The position numbers and the translations under genes are program-made. Positions 47,917-60,000 of a stretch of 60,000 bases of DNA are shown here, in pieces. Where the stretch lies: positions 70,000,001 through 70,060,000 of the forward strand of contig NC_058368.1 in the NCBI RefSeq assembly GCF_018350175.1. Direction: 5' to 3'. The DNA is from Felis catus. Its lineage: Eukaryota. Under the pieces are notes generated by a model. It was not told the DNA's origin, did no database searches, and was given only the letters and a program-made list of their open reading frames with translations. Each line of letters opens with the position of its first letter. Positions within the stretch are counted from its first letter, which is position 1.

Positions 47917-50900
47917 TTTATTTAAGTTTTCATTTTATCACCCAGTGCTTAGCATAAGGTGCCCTCCTTAATCCCTATCACCTATTTTACCCATCCCCCT
48001 ACCCATATCCTCTCTGGTAACCATCAGTTTGTTCTCTAGAGTTCAGAGTCTGTTTCTTGGTTTGTCTCTCTCTTTCTTTTTTCTTGTTTTGTTTCTTAAA
48101 TTCCAAATCATATGGTATTTGTCTTTCTCTGGCTGACTTATTTCACTTAGCATTTCACCCTCTAGGTTCATCTACATCATTGCAAATGGCAAGGTTTCAC
48201 TCTTTTTTAAATAAGGTTTTAAAAATATTTCAATGTTTAATTTTACTTATTTTTGAGAGTGAGAGAGACAGTGCAAGTGGGGAGGGGCAGAGAGAGACAC
48301 ACACAGAATCCAAAGAAGGCTCGAGACTCTGAGCTGGCAGCACAGAGCCCAACATGGGGCTCGAACCCATGAATCATGGGATCATGACCTGAGCCAAAGT
48401 CAGATGTTTAACTGACTGAGCCACCCAGGTGCCCCAAGATTTCACTCTTTTTGATGGCTGAGTGATATTCCATTGAATATATACACACCACATCTTCTCT
48501 ATTCATGCATCAGTCAGTGGACACTTGGGCTCTTTCCATAACTTGGCTTAATAGATAATGGCTCTATAAATACTGGGGTGCATGTATTCCTTTGAATTAG
48601 TGTTTTTGTATTCTTTGGGCAAATACCTAGTAGTGTGATTGCTGGATGATGAGGCACTCTATTTTTAACTTTCTGAGGAACCTCCATACCGTTTTCCAGA
48701 GTGGCTGCTCCAGTTTGCATTCCCTCCAACAGTGCAAGAGGGTCCTGTTTCTCCATATCCTTGCCAACACCTGTTATTTCTTGGGTTTTAGCTATTATGA
48801 CAGGTGTGAGGTGATATCTCATTATAGCTTTCTTTGACTTACATTTCCCTGATGATAAGTAATGATGGGCATCTATTCATGTGTCTGTTGGCCATCTGTA
48901 TGTCTTTTTGGAGAAATGTCTATTCATGTCTTCTGTCCATTTTTTAAATTGGATTATTTGGGTTTTTTTGGTTGTTGAGCTGTATAAGTTCTTTATATAT
49001 TTGGGATACTAACCCTCTTTTGGATATGTCATTTGCAAATATTGGTAGGTTGCCTTTTAGTTTTGTTGATTGCTTCCTTTGCTATGCAGAAGCTTTTTAT
49101 TTTGATGTAGTTAGTCCCAATAGTTTAGTTTTGCTTTTGTTTCCCTTGCCTCAGGACACATGTCTGGAAGAAAGTTACTACAACTAATGACAAAGAACTT
49201 GGTGCTTGTGTTCTCTTCTATGATTTTTATGGTTTTATGTTTCACGTTTAAGTCTTTAGTCCATTTTGAGTTTATTTTTGTGTATGGTGCAAGAAAGTGG
49301 TCCAGTTTCATTCTTTTGCACGTGGCTGTCCAGTTCCCAACACCACTTGTTGAAGAGACTGTCTTTTTCCCATTGGATAGTCTTTCCTGCTTTGTCAAAG
49401 GTTAATTGACCATATAATTGTGGGTTTTCTTCTGGATTTTCTATCCTGTTCTGTTTATTGATCTCTGTGTCTATTTTTGTGCCAGTACCATACTGCTTTG
49501 ATTACTACAGCTTTGTAATATAACTAGAAGTCCATATTGCTTTGATGCCTCCATTTTTGCTTTTCTTTAAGATTTCTTTGGCTATTCAGAGTCTTTTGTG
49601 GTTCCATACACATTTATGATTGTTTGTTCTAGTTCTGTAAAAAATGCTGTTGGTATTTTGATAGGGATTACATTAAATGTGTAGATTGCTTTGGGTAGTA
49701 TGGACATTTTAACAATATTTGCTCTTCCAATCCATGAGCATGGAATATCTTTCCTTTGTGTATTTTCAATTTCTTTCATCAGTGTTTTACAGTTTTAATT
49801 TTAATTTTCTTAGTGTTTATTCATTTTTGAGAAAGAGACACAGAGTATTAGTGGGGGAAAGGTATAGAAGGATGGAGACAGAATCTGAAGCAGGCTCCAG
49901 GCTCTGAGCTGTCAGCACAGAGCCTGATGCAGGGACTCGAACTCACGAGCCATGAGAGCATCACCTGAGCTTAAGTCGGACACTTAACCGACTGAACCAC
50001 CCAAGCGCTCCTGTGTTTTACAGTTTTCATACAGCGTTTTGGTCAGGTTTATTCCTCAGTATCTTTATTTTTGGTGTAATTGTAAATGGGATTATTTTCT
50101 TTCCTTGTTTTTAAAGTTTATTTATTTATTTTGAGAGAGACAGAGACAGCACAAGTGAGGGAGGGGCAGAAAGAGAGGGAGAGAGAGAATTCCAAACAGG
50201 CTCTGTGCTGTCAGTGCAGAGGCCTATGTGGGGTCTGAGCTCATAAAACTGTGAGATCATGACCTGAGCCAAAACTGAGTTGGACGCTTAACCAACTGAG
50301 CCACCCAGGTGCCCCAAATGGGATTATTTTTTTAAATTTCTCTTCCTGCTGTTTCATTGGTGGTGTGTAGAAATGCAACAGATATCTGTAGATGAATTTT
50401 ATATCCTGCGACATTACTGAGTTCACTAATCAGTTCTAGGAGCTTTCTGGTGGAATCTTTCAGGCTTTCTATACCTAGTATCATATTGTCTGCAAATAGT
50501 GAGTTTTACTTCTTCTTTACTGATTTGGATACCTTTTATTACTTTTTGTTGTCTGATTGCCATGGCTAGGACTTCTGGTGCTATGTTGAATGAAAGTGGT
50601 GAGAGTGGACATCTATATTTTGTTCCTGACCTTAGGGGAAGGGCTCTCAGTTTTCATTCATTGAGGATGATGTTAGCTGTGGGTGTTTCATACACAGCCT
50701 TTATTATGTTGAGGTGTGTTCCCTCTAAACCTACTTCATTGAGGGTTTTGATCATGAATGGATGTTGTTCTTTGTGTCAAATGCTCTTTCTGCATCTATT
50801 GGAATATCATATGATTTTTTAAAATCCTCTTATTGTTGTGATGTGTGACATTGATTGGTTTGCAAATATTGAACCATCTTTACATCCCAGGAATAAATCC

Positions 50901-53299
50901 CACTTGATCATGGTGCATGATTTCTTTAAATGTATTGTTGGATTCAGTTTGCATTTGTTGAGGGCTTTTGCATCTATCTTCATGAGAGATATTGGCCTGT
51001 AGTTCTCTTTTTTTTTGTGGTGTCTTTTTTTTTTAAGTTTATGTATTTATTTTGAGAGAGACAGAGCACATGAGTGGGAAAGGAACAGAAAGAGAGAAAG
51101 AATCCCAAGCAGGCCTTGTGCCATCAGCACGGAGCCTGATGCGGGACTCAAACTCAGGAACCTGTGAGATCACAACCTAAGCCAAAATCAAGAGCCGGAT
51201 GCTCAACCGACTGAGCCACCCAGGTACCCCGTTTTGTAGTGTCTTTATCTGGTTTTAGTATCAGGATGATACTGGCCTCATAGAATGAATTTGCAAGTTT
51301 TCCTTCCTTTTCTAATTTTTGGAAAAGTCTGAGAAGAATAGGTATTAATTCCTCTTTAAATGATTGGTAGAATTCATCTGTAAAGCCATCTGTTCCTGGA
51401 CTTTCATTTGCTGGAAGTTTTTGTGTGTGTGTGTGTGTTTTTTTAAATTACTGATTCAATTTCTTTGCTGAAAATCAGTCTGTTTAAATTTTCTTTTTAT
51501 TCCTGCTTCAGTTTTGGTAGGTTATATGTTTCTAAGAATTTATCCATTTCTTCTAAGTTGCCCCATGTGTTGGCATATAGTTTTTTCCTAATATTCTCTT
51601 ATAATTGTTTGTATTACTGTGGTGTTCGTAGTTATTTCTCCTCTGTCACTTGTGATTTTATTTTTTAGGGTCCTTTCTCTTTTTTTCCTGATAAGTCTGG
51701 GTAGGGGTTTATCAATTTGATTTTTTTTTTCCAAAGTACCAGCTGCTGGTTTCATGGATCTGTTCTGTTTTTAGTTTCTATATCATGTATTTTTGCTCTA
51801 ATATTATTCTCTTTCTTCTGTTGGTTTTAGGTTTTGTTTGTTGTTATTTTTTTTTTTAGCTCCTTTAGGTAGAAGGAGATTTTTTTTTTCTTCTTGAAGT
51901 ATACCTCTATTCCTATAAACTTCCCTCTCAGAACTGCTTTTGCTGTGTCCCAAAGGTTTTGAACCATTGTGTTTTCATTGTCATCTGTTTTCAAGTATTT
52001 TTAACTTTTCCTTTGACTTCCTCGTTGACATATTCCTTGTTTAGGAGCATGTTATTTAACTTCCCCATATTTGTGGTCTTCCCAGATTTTTTCTTGAGGT
52101 TGACTTCTAGTTTCATAGTGTTATGGTCAGAAAACATGCATGGTATGACTTCAATATTTTTTAATTTGTTGAGACTTGTTTTGTGGCCTATATGTGATCT
52201 ATGCTGGAGAATGTTCCTTAAGCACTTGAAAAGAATGTGTATTCTGATGTTTTATGTAGTGTCCTGAATATATCTGTTAAATACATCTGGTTCAGTGTGT
52301 CATTTAAAACCACTGTTTCCTTGTTATTTAGATGATCTGTCCATTAATGTAAGTGGGGTATTAAAGTCCCCTACTATCATTATATTAATATCAATTAGTT
52401 GCTTTATGTTTGTTATTAACTGGTTTATGTATTTGGGTGCTTTCATATTGGGTGCATAAATATTTATAATTGTTATATCTTTTTGTTGGATTGCCCTCTT
52501 TATTATTACATAATGTCTTTCTTTTTCTCTTGTTACAGACTTTATTTTAAAGTTTATTTTGTCTGATATAAATACTGCTATTCTGGATTTCTTTTGACAT
52601 CCATTTGCATCATAGCTATTTCTTGATCCCCTCATTTTCAATCTGCAGGTGTCTTTAGGTCTGAAATGAGTCTCTTGTAGGCAGCATATACATGGGTCTT
52701 GGTTATTGTATCCATTATGTCACTCTAGAGTTTTTGATTGGAGCATTTAGTCTATTTACATTTAAAGTAATTATTGATAGGTATGTATTTATTGTCATTT
52801 TATTATTTGTTTTGTGGTTGGTTTTGGAGATTTTTCTCTGATTCTTTCTTGTCTTTCTTTCATGGTTTACTGGTTTTCTTTAGTGGTATATTTGGATTTT
52901 TCTCTCTTTATTCTTTGCATATTTATTAGTGGGTTTTGATATATGGTTACCGTTAGGTTTATATATAACCTCTCCTGCATATAACAATCTATATTAAGTG
53001 GATGGTCTTTTAAGTTTGAATCTATTCTTTATTCCTGTCTTCCCCATGTTTTAGGTAAATGTTGTCATATTTTACATTCTTTTATCTTGTGAGTTCTTTG
53101 ACTTATTTTTTACAGAAATATTCATTTTTACTGCTTTTGTGTTTCCTACCTTTCTACTGTCACTTTTGGTCTCTCCTTTACATTCAAAGTGTTGCTTTTA
53201 ATATTTCTCACAGGGCTGGTTCAGTGGTCATGAACTCTTCAGGTTTTGTTTTCTGAGAAACTCCTTATCTCTCTTTCTATAATTAATGATAGCCTTGCT

Positions 53300-53515
53300 G
53301 GGGGCGCCTGGGTGGCGCAGTCGGTTAGGCGTCCGACTTCAGCCAGGTCACGATCTCGCGGTCCGTGAGTTCGAGCCCCGCGTCGGGCTCTGGGCTGATG
53401 GCTCAGAGCCTGGAGCCTGTTTCCGATTCTGTGTCTCCCTCTCTCTCTGCCCCTCCCCCGTTCATGCTCTGTCTCTCTCTGTCCCAAAAATAAATAAACG
53501 TTGAAAAAAAAAATT
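53300..53515 (+). mobile_element. Young Felis-type CanSINE inside the L1
   Basis: Near-consensus and CpG-rich; TSD taatgatagccttgctgg. Confidence 0.96.
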
Positions 53516-56399
53516 TAATGATAGCCTTGCTGGAAAGAGTGTGCTTGGCTGCAGATTTTTGCCATTCAGCACTTTGAATATATCATGCCACTCCCTTCTG
53601 GACTGGAAAGTTTTGCTGAAAAGTCCCCTGCAACCCAATGGGTTTTCCCTTATATGTTACTGTCTTCTTTCATCTTGCTGCTTTTAATATCTTTTCTTTA
53701 TCACTATATTTTGCCAATTTAATCACAATATATCTTGGTGTGGATCTGCTTTTGTCGATTTTGTTGGGGGCTCTCTGTGTCTCCTGGATCTGGATATCTG
53801 TTTCCTTTTCCAGATTCAGGAAGTTTTCAGTTATTATTTATTTAAATAAATTGTCTACCTCCTTTTCTCTCCTTCTTCTGGGATTCCTACAATATGAGTG
53901 TTATTACATTTGATGGAGTCACTGAGTTCCCTAAGTCTATTCTCACTTTGCATAATTCTTTTTGCCTCCCTATTTGTTCAGCTTGATTACTTGATTACTC
54001 TGTCTTCTAGGTCATTAATTCATTCCTCTGCTTCTTCCAGTCTGCTGTTCTTTCCCTGTGTCAAGTGTGTTTCTCATTTAGTTTATTGAGCCCTTTAGCT
54101 CTGCTCTGTTATTCCTTACCTCTGTGTTAATGGTCTCACTCATGTCTTCAACTCTTTTTTTTTTTCTTTAAGTCCGGTTAGTATCCTTATGATCATTGCT
54201 TTAAATTCTCTATCAGGCATGTTAATTATATCTGTTTCACTTAGATCTCTGGCCATGACCTTGTCTTGTTCTTTCATTTGGGACAAATTCTTCTGTCTTC
54301 TCATTTTGTCTAAGTCTCTGTGTCTGTTTCCCTCTTTTAGGAAAGTCGGTTATATCTCCTGTTCTTGAGGGTAATGGCTTTATGAAAAAGAGGCCCTGTA
54401 GTGCCCTACAGTGTAGCCTCCCCTGTTCCCCAGGGCCTGGTGCTTCCAGGAGTGTCTCCAATGTGTTCTGTGTGTGCTCTACTGCTGTGTCCCAGCTGCT
54501 TTATCCTTCAGGTCAGTTGTCTGTAGAGGTACTCTTTGCCTGCTGTGGGCAGTGTTTGGTCCCTGGTCTGAATGTGGCATGTTTTAACTAGGTGTGCCCT
54601 GGTCTGCTTGTGAAATGAAACCTGTCACTGCCACCACCAGAACCAAGGCCTCCCAAAACTCCCAGGTTAGGAGACACAGTGTTGTCAGGGGTTTGGGTTG
54701 GTCTTCTGGGGGAGGAGGCCCACTATACTGGGATTGAAGCAAGTGTGACTGTGAAGGGTGGTTCTTCTGGAGTGTGGTGGGTGAGGCTTGGTGTAAACAA
54801 GTTAGGTAGTGAGTGTTGGCGCTCCACTGGTTCCCACAGGTGACTCTGTGTTTATACGGGGCGGGGGGGGGGGGGGGGGTGGAGGAGGGAAATGGGACTG
54901 GCCAGTTCCTTTGTTCCTGGAGGGGTCTCTCCATGAATGCTGCTTCTCACAACACACTCCAGGATGAGAAACTAGCTTCCCCACTATGTGCCCTAGGCAT
55001 TCATCATATCACTATTTCCATGCTGTATGTGTGCGGGCTGTTTGCCCTGCATTTTCTCCAAGAACAGCCTCAGTGCCTCTGAGCTCTCCCAGAGCCAAGC
55101 ACACTGACCTTTAAAACTCCAGGTTTAAACCCTACTGGTTGCAAGAACTCATGAAATTCAGGCCCTCTCACTTTCCAAGCCAATTGCTATGGGGATTCCT
55201 CTTCCCAGTGTTGACTCCCCTGTGTGTTAATCTGTCTCTCACCCTTCTCTGTGACCACAGCTCCCTCCCTATGGCAGTGACCATGATACTTTTCTTTCCC
55301 AAGCTGTGTTTCCACACTTCCTATCTTCTTTGATGTGGCCTCTTCTCTACCTTTAGTTGTGGAGTTTGTTCTGCCAGTCTTCAGATAGATTTCTGGAGTA
55401 TTTAGGATGATATGATAGGTATCTAGTTGTGTTCGTGGGATAAGATGAGCCTAGGGTCCTCCTATTCCACTGTCATCTTCTCCTCCTTGACATTGCTAGT
55501 ATTTTTAATCATTATTATTAGTCGAGTGACTCTGGGATGTCCAGAAATGCAAGTGTAGAATCTAAATTGAGTTCACACGAACTCTCAGAGGAACTGAATA
55601 TCTGCCTGTCCTTTTGCCAACTGCATTTCATCAAACCTAAGATGCCAACTATTGCAGGAGGCTGCATGGATCACTGGGGAAGAAATATGCTACAGTTAAA
55701 CCAGGACCCAGGCTTTCTTATCATTGGATGTATGAGTCATCCTGATTTTAGAGATGTTTAAATGGCAAGATGTGTGTCTTAAAATCAGTGAGAGCTGGTT
55801 CACTGTGTTTTACTAGATAATCTCTGTGATGTTTGGACTCTGGGGCAGGGAGCTGGGGAAAAAGATGGGCATAGGCAGGTGAGAAGACTCTGAGCATAAA
55901 GCCAGGACAAGAGGATGGGAGCAGGAAGGACTGGGTGGTTTTTAATATTTCACACATGCATGAATGTGCCTGAGCTGCAAGCTGTGTTTCCCAATGATGA
56001 GAAGGCTGGGTGCTCACAGATGGGGAGTAAGAGGCTGTCAGAACATTTTGTCTTAAACTTTCTGACTTTTAAACTGTCCTAGAGTGTCTCTAACTTTTGA
56101 AATGTGTTTTACCACTTTTTGGGGAAGACTTCAGGGAATACAGATTTTACACTCCAGTGCATAAAAAAATACCCTGAGGAGGATTAGTTCTTTTGTTCAG
56201 AAATATTTACTGAACATCCATTATGTGAGTCACCTTGAAAACAAGAGGCCCTTCCTCTCATAGAATTTACAGTCACACAAGACTGACAAGTTTTGCACAT
56301 TAATGAGGGACTTTTTGTGTTCAAAGAGGCACGTGAAGAAGAGAAAGCTGCGTATGACACCACTTAGCACATGGGATCTTAAGCGTGTGGGCCCTAGAA

Positions 56400-56620
56400 A
56401 CAATTTCCACCACTTACCAGCTTTGGGATCTTGGACACCCAGCTTTGTGGGGTCTCTGAGTCTCAGTTTTCTCATCTATAAAATGGGGCTTCAGATAAAC
56501 TTATGTCATTTACAAAACAAAAAATTAAATAAAAAATTAAGTTATGTCTTAAAATTACGGTGAGGACTCAATGAGTTAGTAAATGATTGCAGGTTATGCA
56601 TACTTACTAAATGTTCATTA
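56400..56620. mobile_element. MIR fragment
   Basis: ccaccacttaccagctttgggatcttgg...ctcagttttctcatctataaaatggg...gtgaggact. Confidence 0.7.
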
Positions 56621-56671
56621 TTATAAGTTAGAAGGCATTATCCAAAATTTCTTTTTAAATATTAAAATTCA

Positions 56672-56893
56672 GGGGCGCCTGGGTGGCACAGTCAGTTAAG
56701 CGTCTGACTTCAGCCAGGTCACGATCTCGCGGTCCGTGAGTTCGAGCCCCGCGTCGGGCTCTGGGCTGATGGCTCAGAGCCTGGAGCCTGTTTCCAATTC
56801 TGTGTCTCCCTCTCTCTCTGCCCCTCCCCTGTTCATGCTCTGTCTCTCTCTGTCCCAAAAATAAATAAACTTTGAAAAAAAAAATTTTTTTTT
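56672..56893 (+). mobile_element. Young Felis-type CanSINE
   Basis: TSD taaatattaaaattca. Confidence 0.95.
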
Positions 56894-57479
56894 AAATATT
56901 AAAATTCAAAAGGGTATAAGAGAGTGTATATTCTTCCTCCCATTCCTATTCCTCAGCTACCCACTTCTTCTCCCAACAGCCAAACTGTCTTCCGGAGGTA
57001 ATTTAAGTACATATACGTAAATGATAGCACATATTATACAAGTGGGAGCATACTTCACACATCATTCTGGACCTTGGTTTTTTAAACTTAAAAATTTATC
57101 TTAGATAGATTTTTTTCCCAAGTCATTATCTTTCCAAATCAGTACACATAGAAGTTTCTTATTCTTTTTTTTTTTTTTTTTGGGTGGTATTGAATTTTTT
57201 GTTTCGTGGATGTATCATAAATTACCTTACAAACTCCTTTAAAAGATCATTAATTCATTCCTCTGCAACCAGTACCCTTTAAAAGGGTACTCTTTAAAAG
57301 GGTACCTTTAGAAAATAATAAAACACTTTATTTCAAGCTGGGAGAATTTTTATTGTCTTATACTCTTAAATTTTAATATTCAAAAAAGAAATTGTGGTTA
57401 CCTTAACTATGTGGCAATGAATTAAAAATATATATGAAATGGCCAATTCCAGAAAAATAGAAATGACATATGGATCTCA

Positions 57480-60000
57480 GGATAAAAACTAGAACTCAGA
57501 GTTGCTACAAAATATTATTTAAAATGTCCAATTTTCAATAAAAAAAATATGGAGCAGGCAAAGAAACAGGGAAGTATGACCTCATATTCCAGATAACACA
57601 GTCAATAGAAATTAACTCTGAATGGGTTCAAATACTGGATTTTGTAGAAAAATACTTTGCAGCTACTGTAATTGTGTCCAAAAAATTAAAGGAAACCATG
57701 TGTAGAGAACTGAAGGAAAATATGTGGCTGGTGACTTAACAAATAAGAAACATAAAGACAAAGAAATTGAAACTATAAAAAAGAACCAAATGGAAATCCT
57801 ATAGATGAAAAGAACAATAACCAAAATGAAAAAGTCACTAAATGGGCTCAACAATAGATTTTAGATAGCTAGATCTAGCAAAACAATTCTTTAAAAAATG
57901 AAGGCATTAAAAAAAAGTCCCCAGTTAAACAAAGACTGAAATAATTTGCTGCTAAGAGACCTGCCTTACGAGAAATACTGAAGGAAGTCCTTCCAGCTGA
58001 AAGGAAGTGACTCCAGATGGTAATTCAAAAGGATGAAAAGTACTGGGAATGGTCCATTTATGGGTAAATACAGAAGACTGTATGAGTAGATTTCTTTAAT
58101 TTTCTGCTCTAATCTCTTTAAGAAAACATAAAATTATATAAATCAATAAATTGTATTGTTTGGTTTGTAACATTTATAGATATAATATAAAGATAATAAT
58201 ATAGTGTCAGTATGTTTTTGCAATAGAAATTGCAAAAAGGAGGGAAAGAAATGAAACTACATTTGAACAAAGTTGCTATATTTTACTGGTATTAAGTCAG
58301 TATTCACCTACAGCAGATTTTGCTTACTGTAATTCCTAGAGCGACTTCTTAGAAAAAAACTTAAAAATATATGTATATGTAAAAATAAATTTAAAAAACC
58401 TTAAACTACGTAGTTACGAAATCAACAGAGGAATTAAATAATATGCTAAAACATTGTTTAACACAAAAGAAAGCAATAAAGGATGGAAAGAGGGACAAAA
58501 AAGAACATGAGATATATAGAAAACAAATAGTAAAATAGCAGATGGAAATCCAGCCACATTAATAACCATATTAATGGGAATTGACTAATTAGGCCAGAGA
58601 TTATCAAGTTGAATTAAAAAAAAAAACAAGATCCTGCTGTATGTTGTTTAGAAGAGTCACATTTTATATTAAAATCACAAATAGGTTCAAAGGAAAAGAA
58701 TGAAAAAAATATATGCTTTGGAAAATGAGAAATAAAAACATAAGAAAGCTGGAATGGCTATATAAAATCTGACAAAATAAATCAAATATTAGCAGAGACA
58801 AAAAGGGACATTTCATTATGATAAAAGGATCAATATAATAGGAACATATAATAATTATAAATGTATACACATTTAATCACAGTTCTAAAATGTATGAAGG
58901 AAAAACTAATCAAATTGAATAAAACAGACAACTGAACAAGTATTGTTCAAAACTTCAATATCTTATTCTCAATTGTTTGTAGAAGAAAGTAAAGACATAG
59001 AAGATTGGAACAAAACTTCAACCAACTGGACCTAACTAATATCTAAGTAACAGTCCACCTACCAAAAGCAGAATACTCACAGCACATGGAAACACAATGT
59101 ACTAAAATTTATGGGATGTGGCTAAAGCATTTCCTGGAGGGAAATGTATAGCTGTAATTTCCATATTTAAAAAGTGGAAATATCTCAAATCAATAACTTA
59201 AACTTCTACCTTTAGAAACCAGAAATAGAAGAGCAAACTGAATCCAGAGCAAGGAGAAGGAAGAAATTTATAAAGGCTAGAGTGGGGAGAAAAATGAAAT
59301 AGAGAATAGAAAAACAATAGAGATAATCAATGAAACCAAAAGTTGGTTCCTTGAAAAGAGCAACAAAATGGACAGATCTTTAGCTGATTGAGGGAGAGAA
59401 GGGGAGAGTGAGAAAGAATGATTGAAAGTACTAACATCAAGAATAAATGAGGGAGAGCACCATTACTGACCTTGCAAAAATTAATAGAATTACAAGGAGG
59501 TCATATGAGCAGTTATATGCCAACTATTTGATAATCAATAATCTAAATGAAAAGGACAAATTCCTAGAAAGACACAAACTACTGAAACTGATTCAAGAAA
59601 AAAAATAGTAAGTCTGAATAAACCTATAACAAATAAAGAGATTGAATTAGTAAACAAAACTTCCCCCAAAGGAAAGCTTAGGCCCAGAGGACCTCGTGGA
59701 TGAATTTTATCAAACATTTAAAGAAGAATAAATACCAAACCTTTACAGACTCTTGGAAAAAACAGAAGAGGAGGAACCAGTTCCCAACTCATTCTGTGAG
59801 GCTAGCATTTTCTGGACACCAAAGCTGGACAGACGTTGCAGGAAAAGGCCAATATCTCCTATGAAAATAGAAGCAGTTTCTCTACAAAATACTACTAAAC
59901 TGAATCTAGCCACATATGAAAAAGATTCTACATCATGACTAAGTGTGATTTATCTCAAGCATGCAAGATTTAACATACCAAGAATCCATGTATCACCCCA
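57480..60000 (+). mobile_element. Ancient L1M (ORF1 to ORF2 N-terminal remnants), runs off the right edge
   Basis: aagaaccaaatggaaat...aataacc; agggacatttcattatgataaaaggatcaat; aatcaatgaaaccaaaagttggttc; gaattttatcaaacatttaaagaaga. Confidence 0.85.

Larger units (their letters stand above)
47881..55486 (-). mobile_element. Apparently full-length, inactivated carnivore L1 with five inserted CanSINEs (48225-48435, 49800-50011, 50110-50315, 51025-51229 all minus; 53300-53515 plus)
   Basis: 3' UTR at ~47.9-48.2 kb; ORF2 remnants including the APE endonuclease (INIYAPN...IVGDFNTPL, 52324-52641); ORF1 remnants ~53.2-54.3 kb; 5' UTR ending GGAGGAGAAGATG..GGAGGACCCTAGGCTCA at 55486. Many stops and frameshifts. 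Confidence 0.9.

Noticed and set aside
52324..52641. 105-aa endonuclease-like ORF
   Set aside because: Remnant of the L1 ORF2 APE domain inside a dead element.
3640..56858. Many short ORFs such as MAQSV...TSAQVMIS... and RERERER
   Set aside because: Translations of CanSINE consensus and (GA)n tracts.
26400..60000. Exons of a neighbouring gene (DOCK9 is the upstream neighbour in human, from memory)
   Set aside because: No recognisable coding exon or 3' UTR found; the region is mostly interspersed repeats.

Overview
Mammalian genomic DNA, almost certainly a cat/felid: about 42 tRNA-derived CanSINEs, several of the young Felis-type subfamily, plus carnivore L1s. The only protein-coding gene I can support is the 5' part of SLC15A1 (PEPT1, proton-coupled di/tripeptide transporter) on the minus strand. 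It has a CpG-island promoter at ~25.0-26.3 kb and coding exons 1-5 (4+17+82+142+120 nt, all GT-AG, codons 1-122). Exon 6 onward lies left of the window. The remaining ~34 kb is repeat-rich upstream sequence: an apparently full-length but decayed L1 (47.9-55.5 kb), older L1 fragments, MLT1 LTRs, MER5A and MER45 DNA transposons, MIR/L2 and microsatellites. The introns add MER21 and MER58. I found no CRISPR array, operon or new multi-gene system. The most unusual observations are: (i) a 6-copy 54/57-bp GC-rich minisatellite ~10 nt after the exon 1 donor, through which the SLC15A1 start codon stays open for 286 codons; (ii) two ~100-250 bp copies of local sequence, each re-inserted ~3 kb away in direct orientation, one pair flanking exon 5 and one copy inside an L1; (iii) a 116-bp L1 5'-end-only insertion with TSD-like flanks; (iv) a DxDxDGIPD calcium-loop-like motif in exon 5; (v) an E-box/HNF4/GATA cluster 15.7 kb upstream; (vi) zero-spacer inverted CanSINE pairs in introns. 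Repeat family names come from recognition of consensus sequences, not from a database search, and repeat boundaries are approximate.
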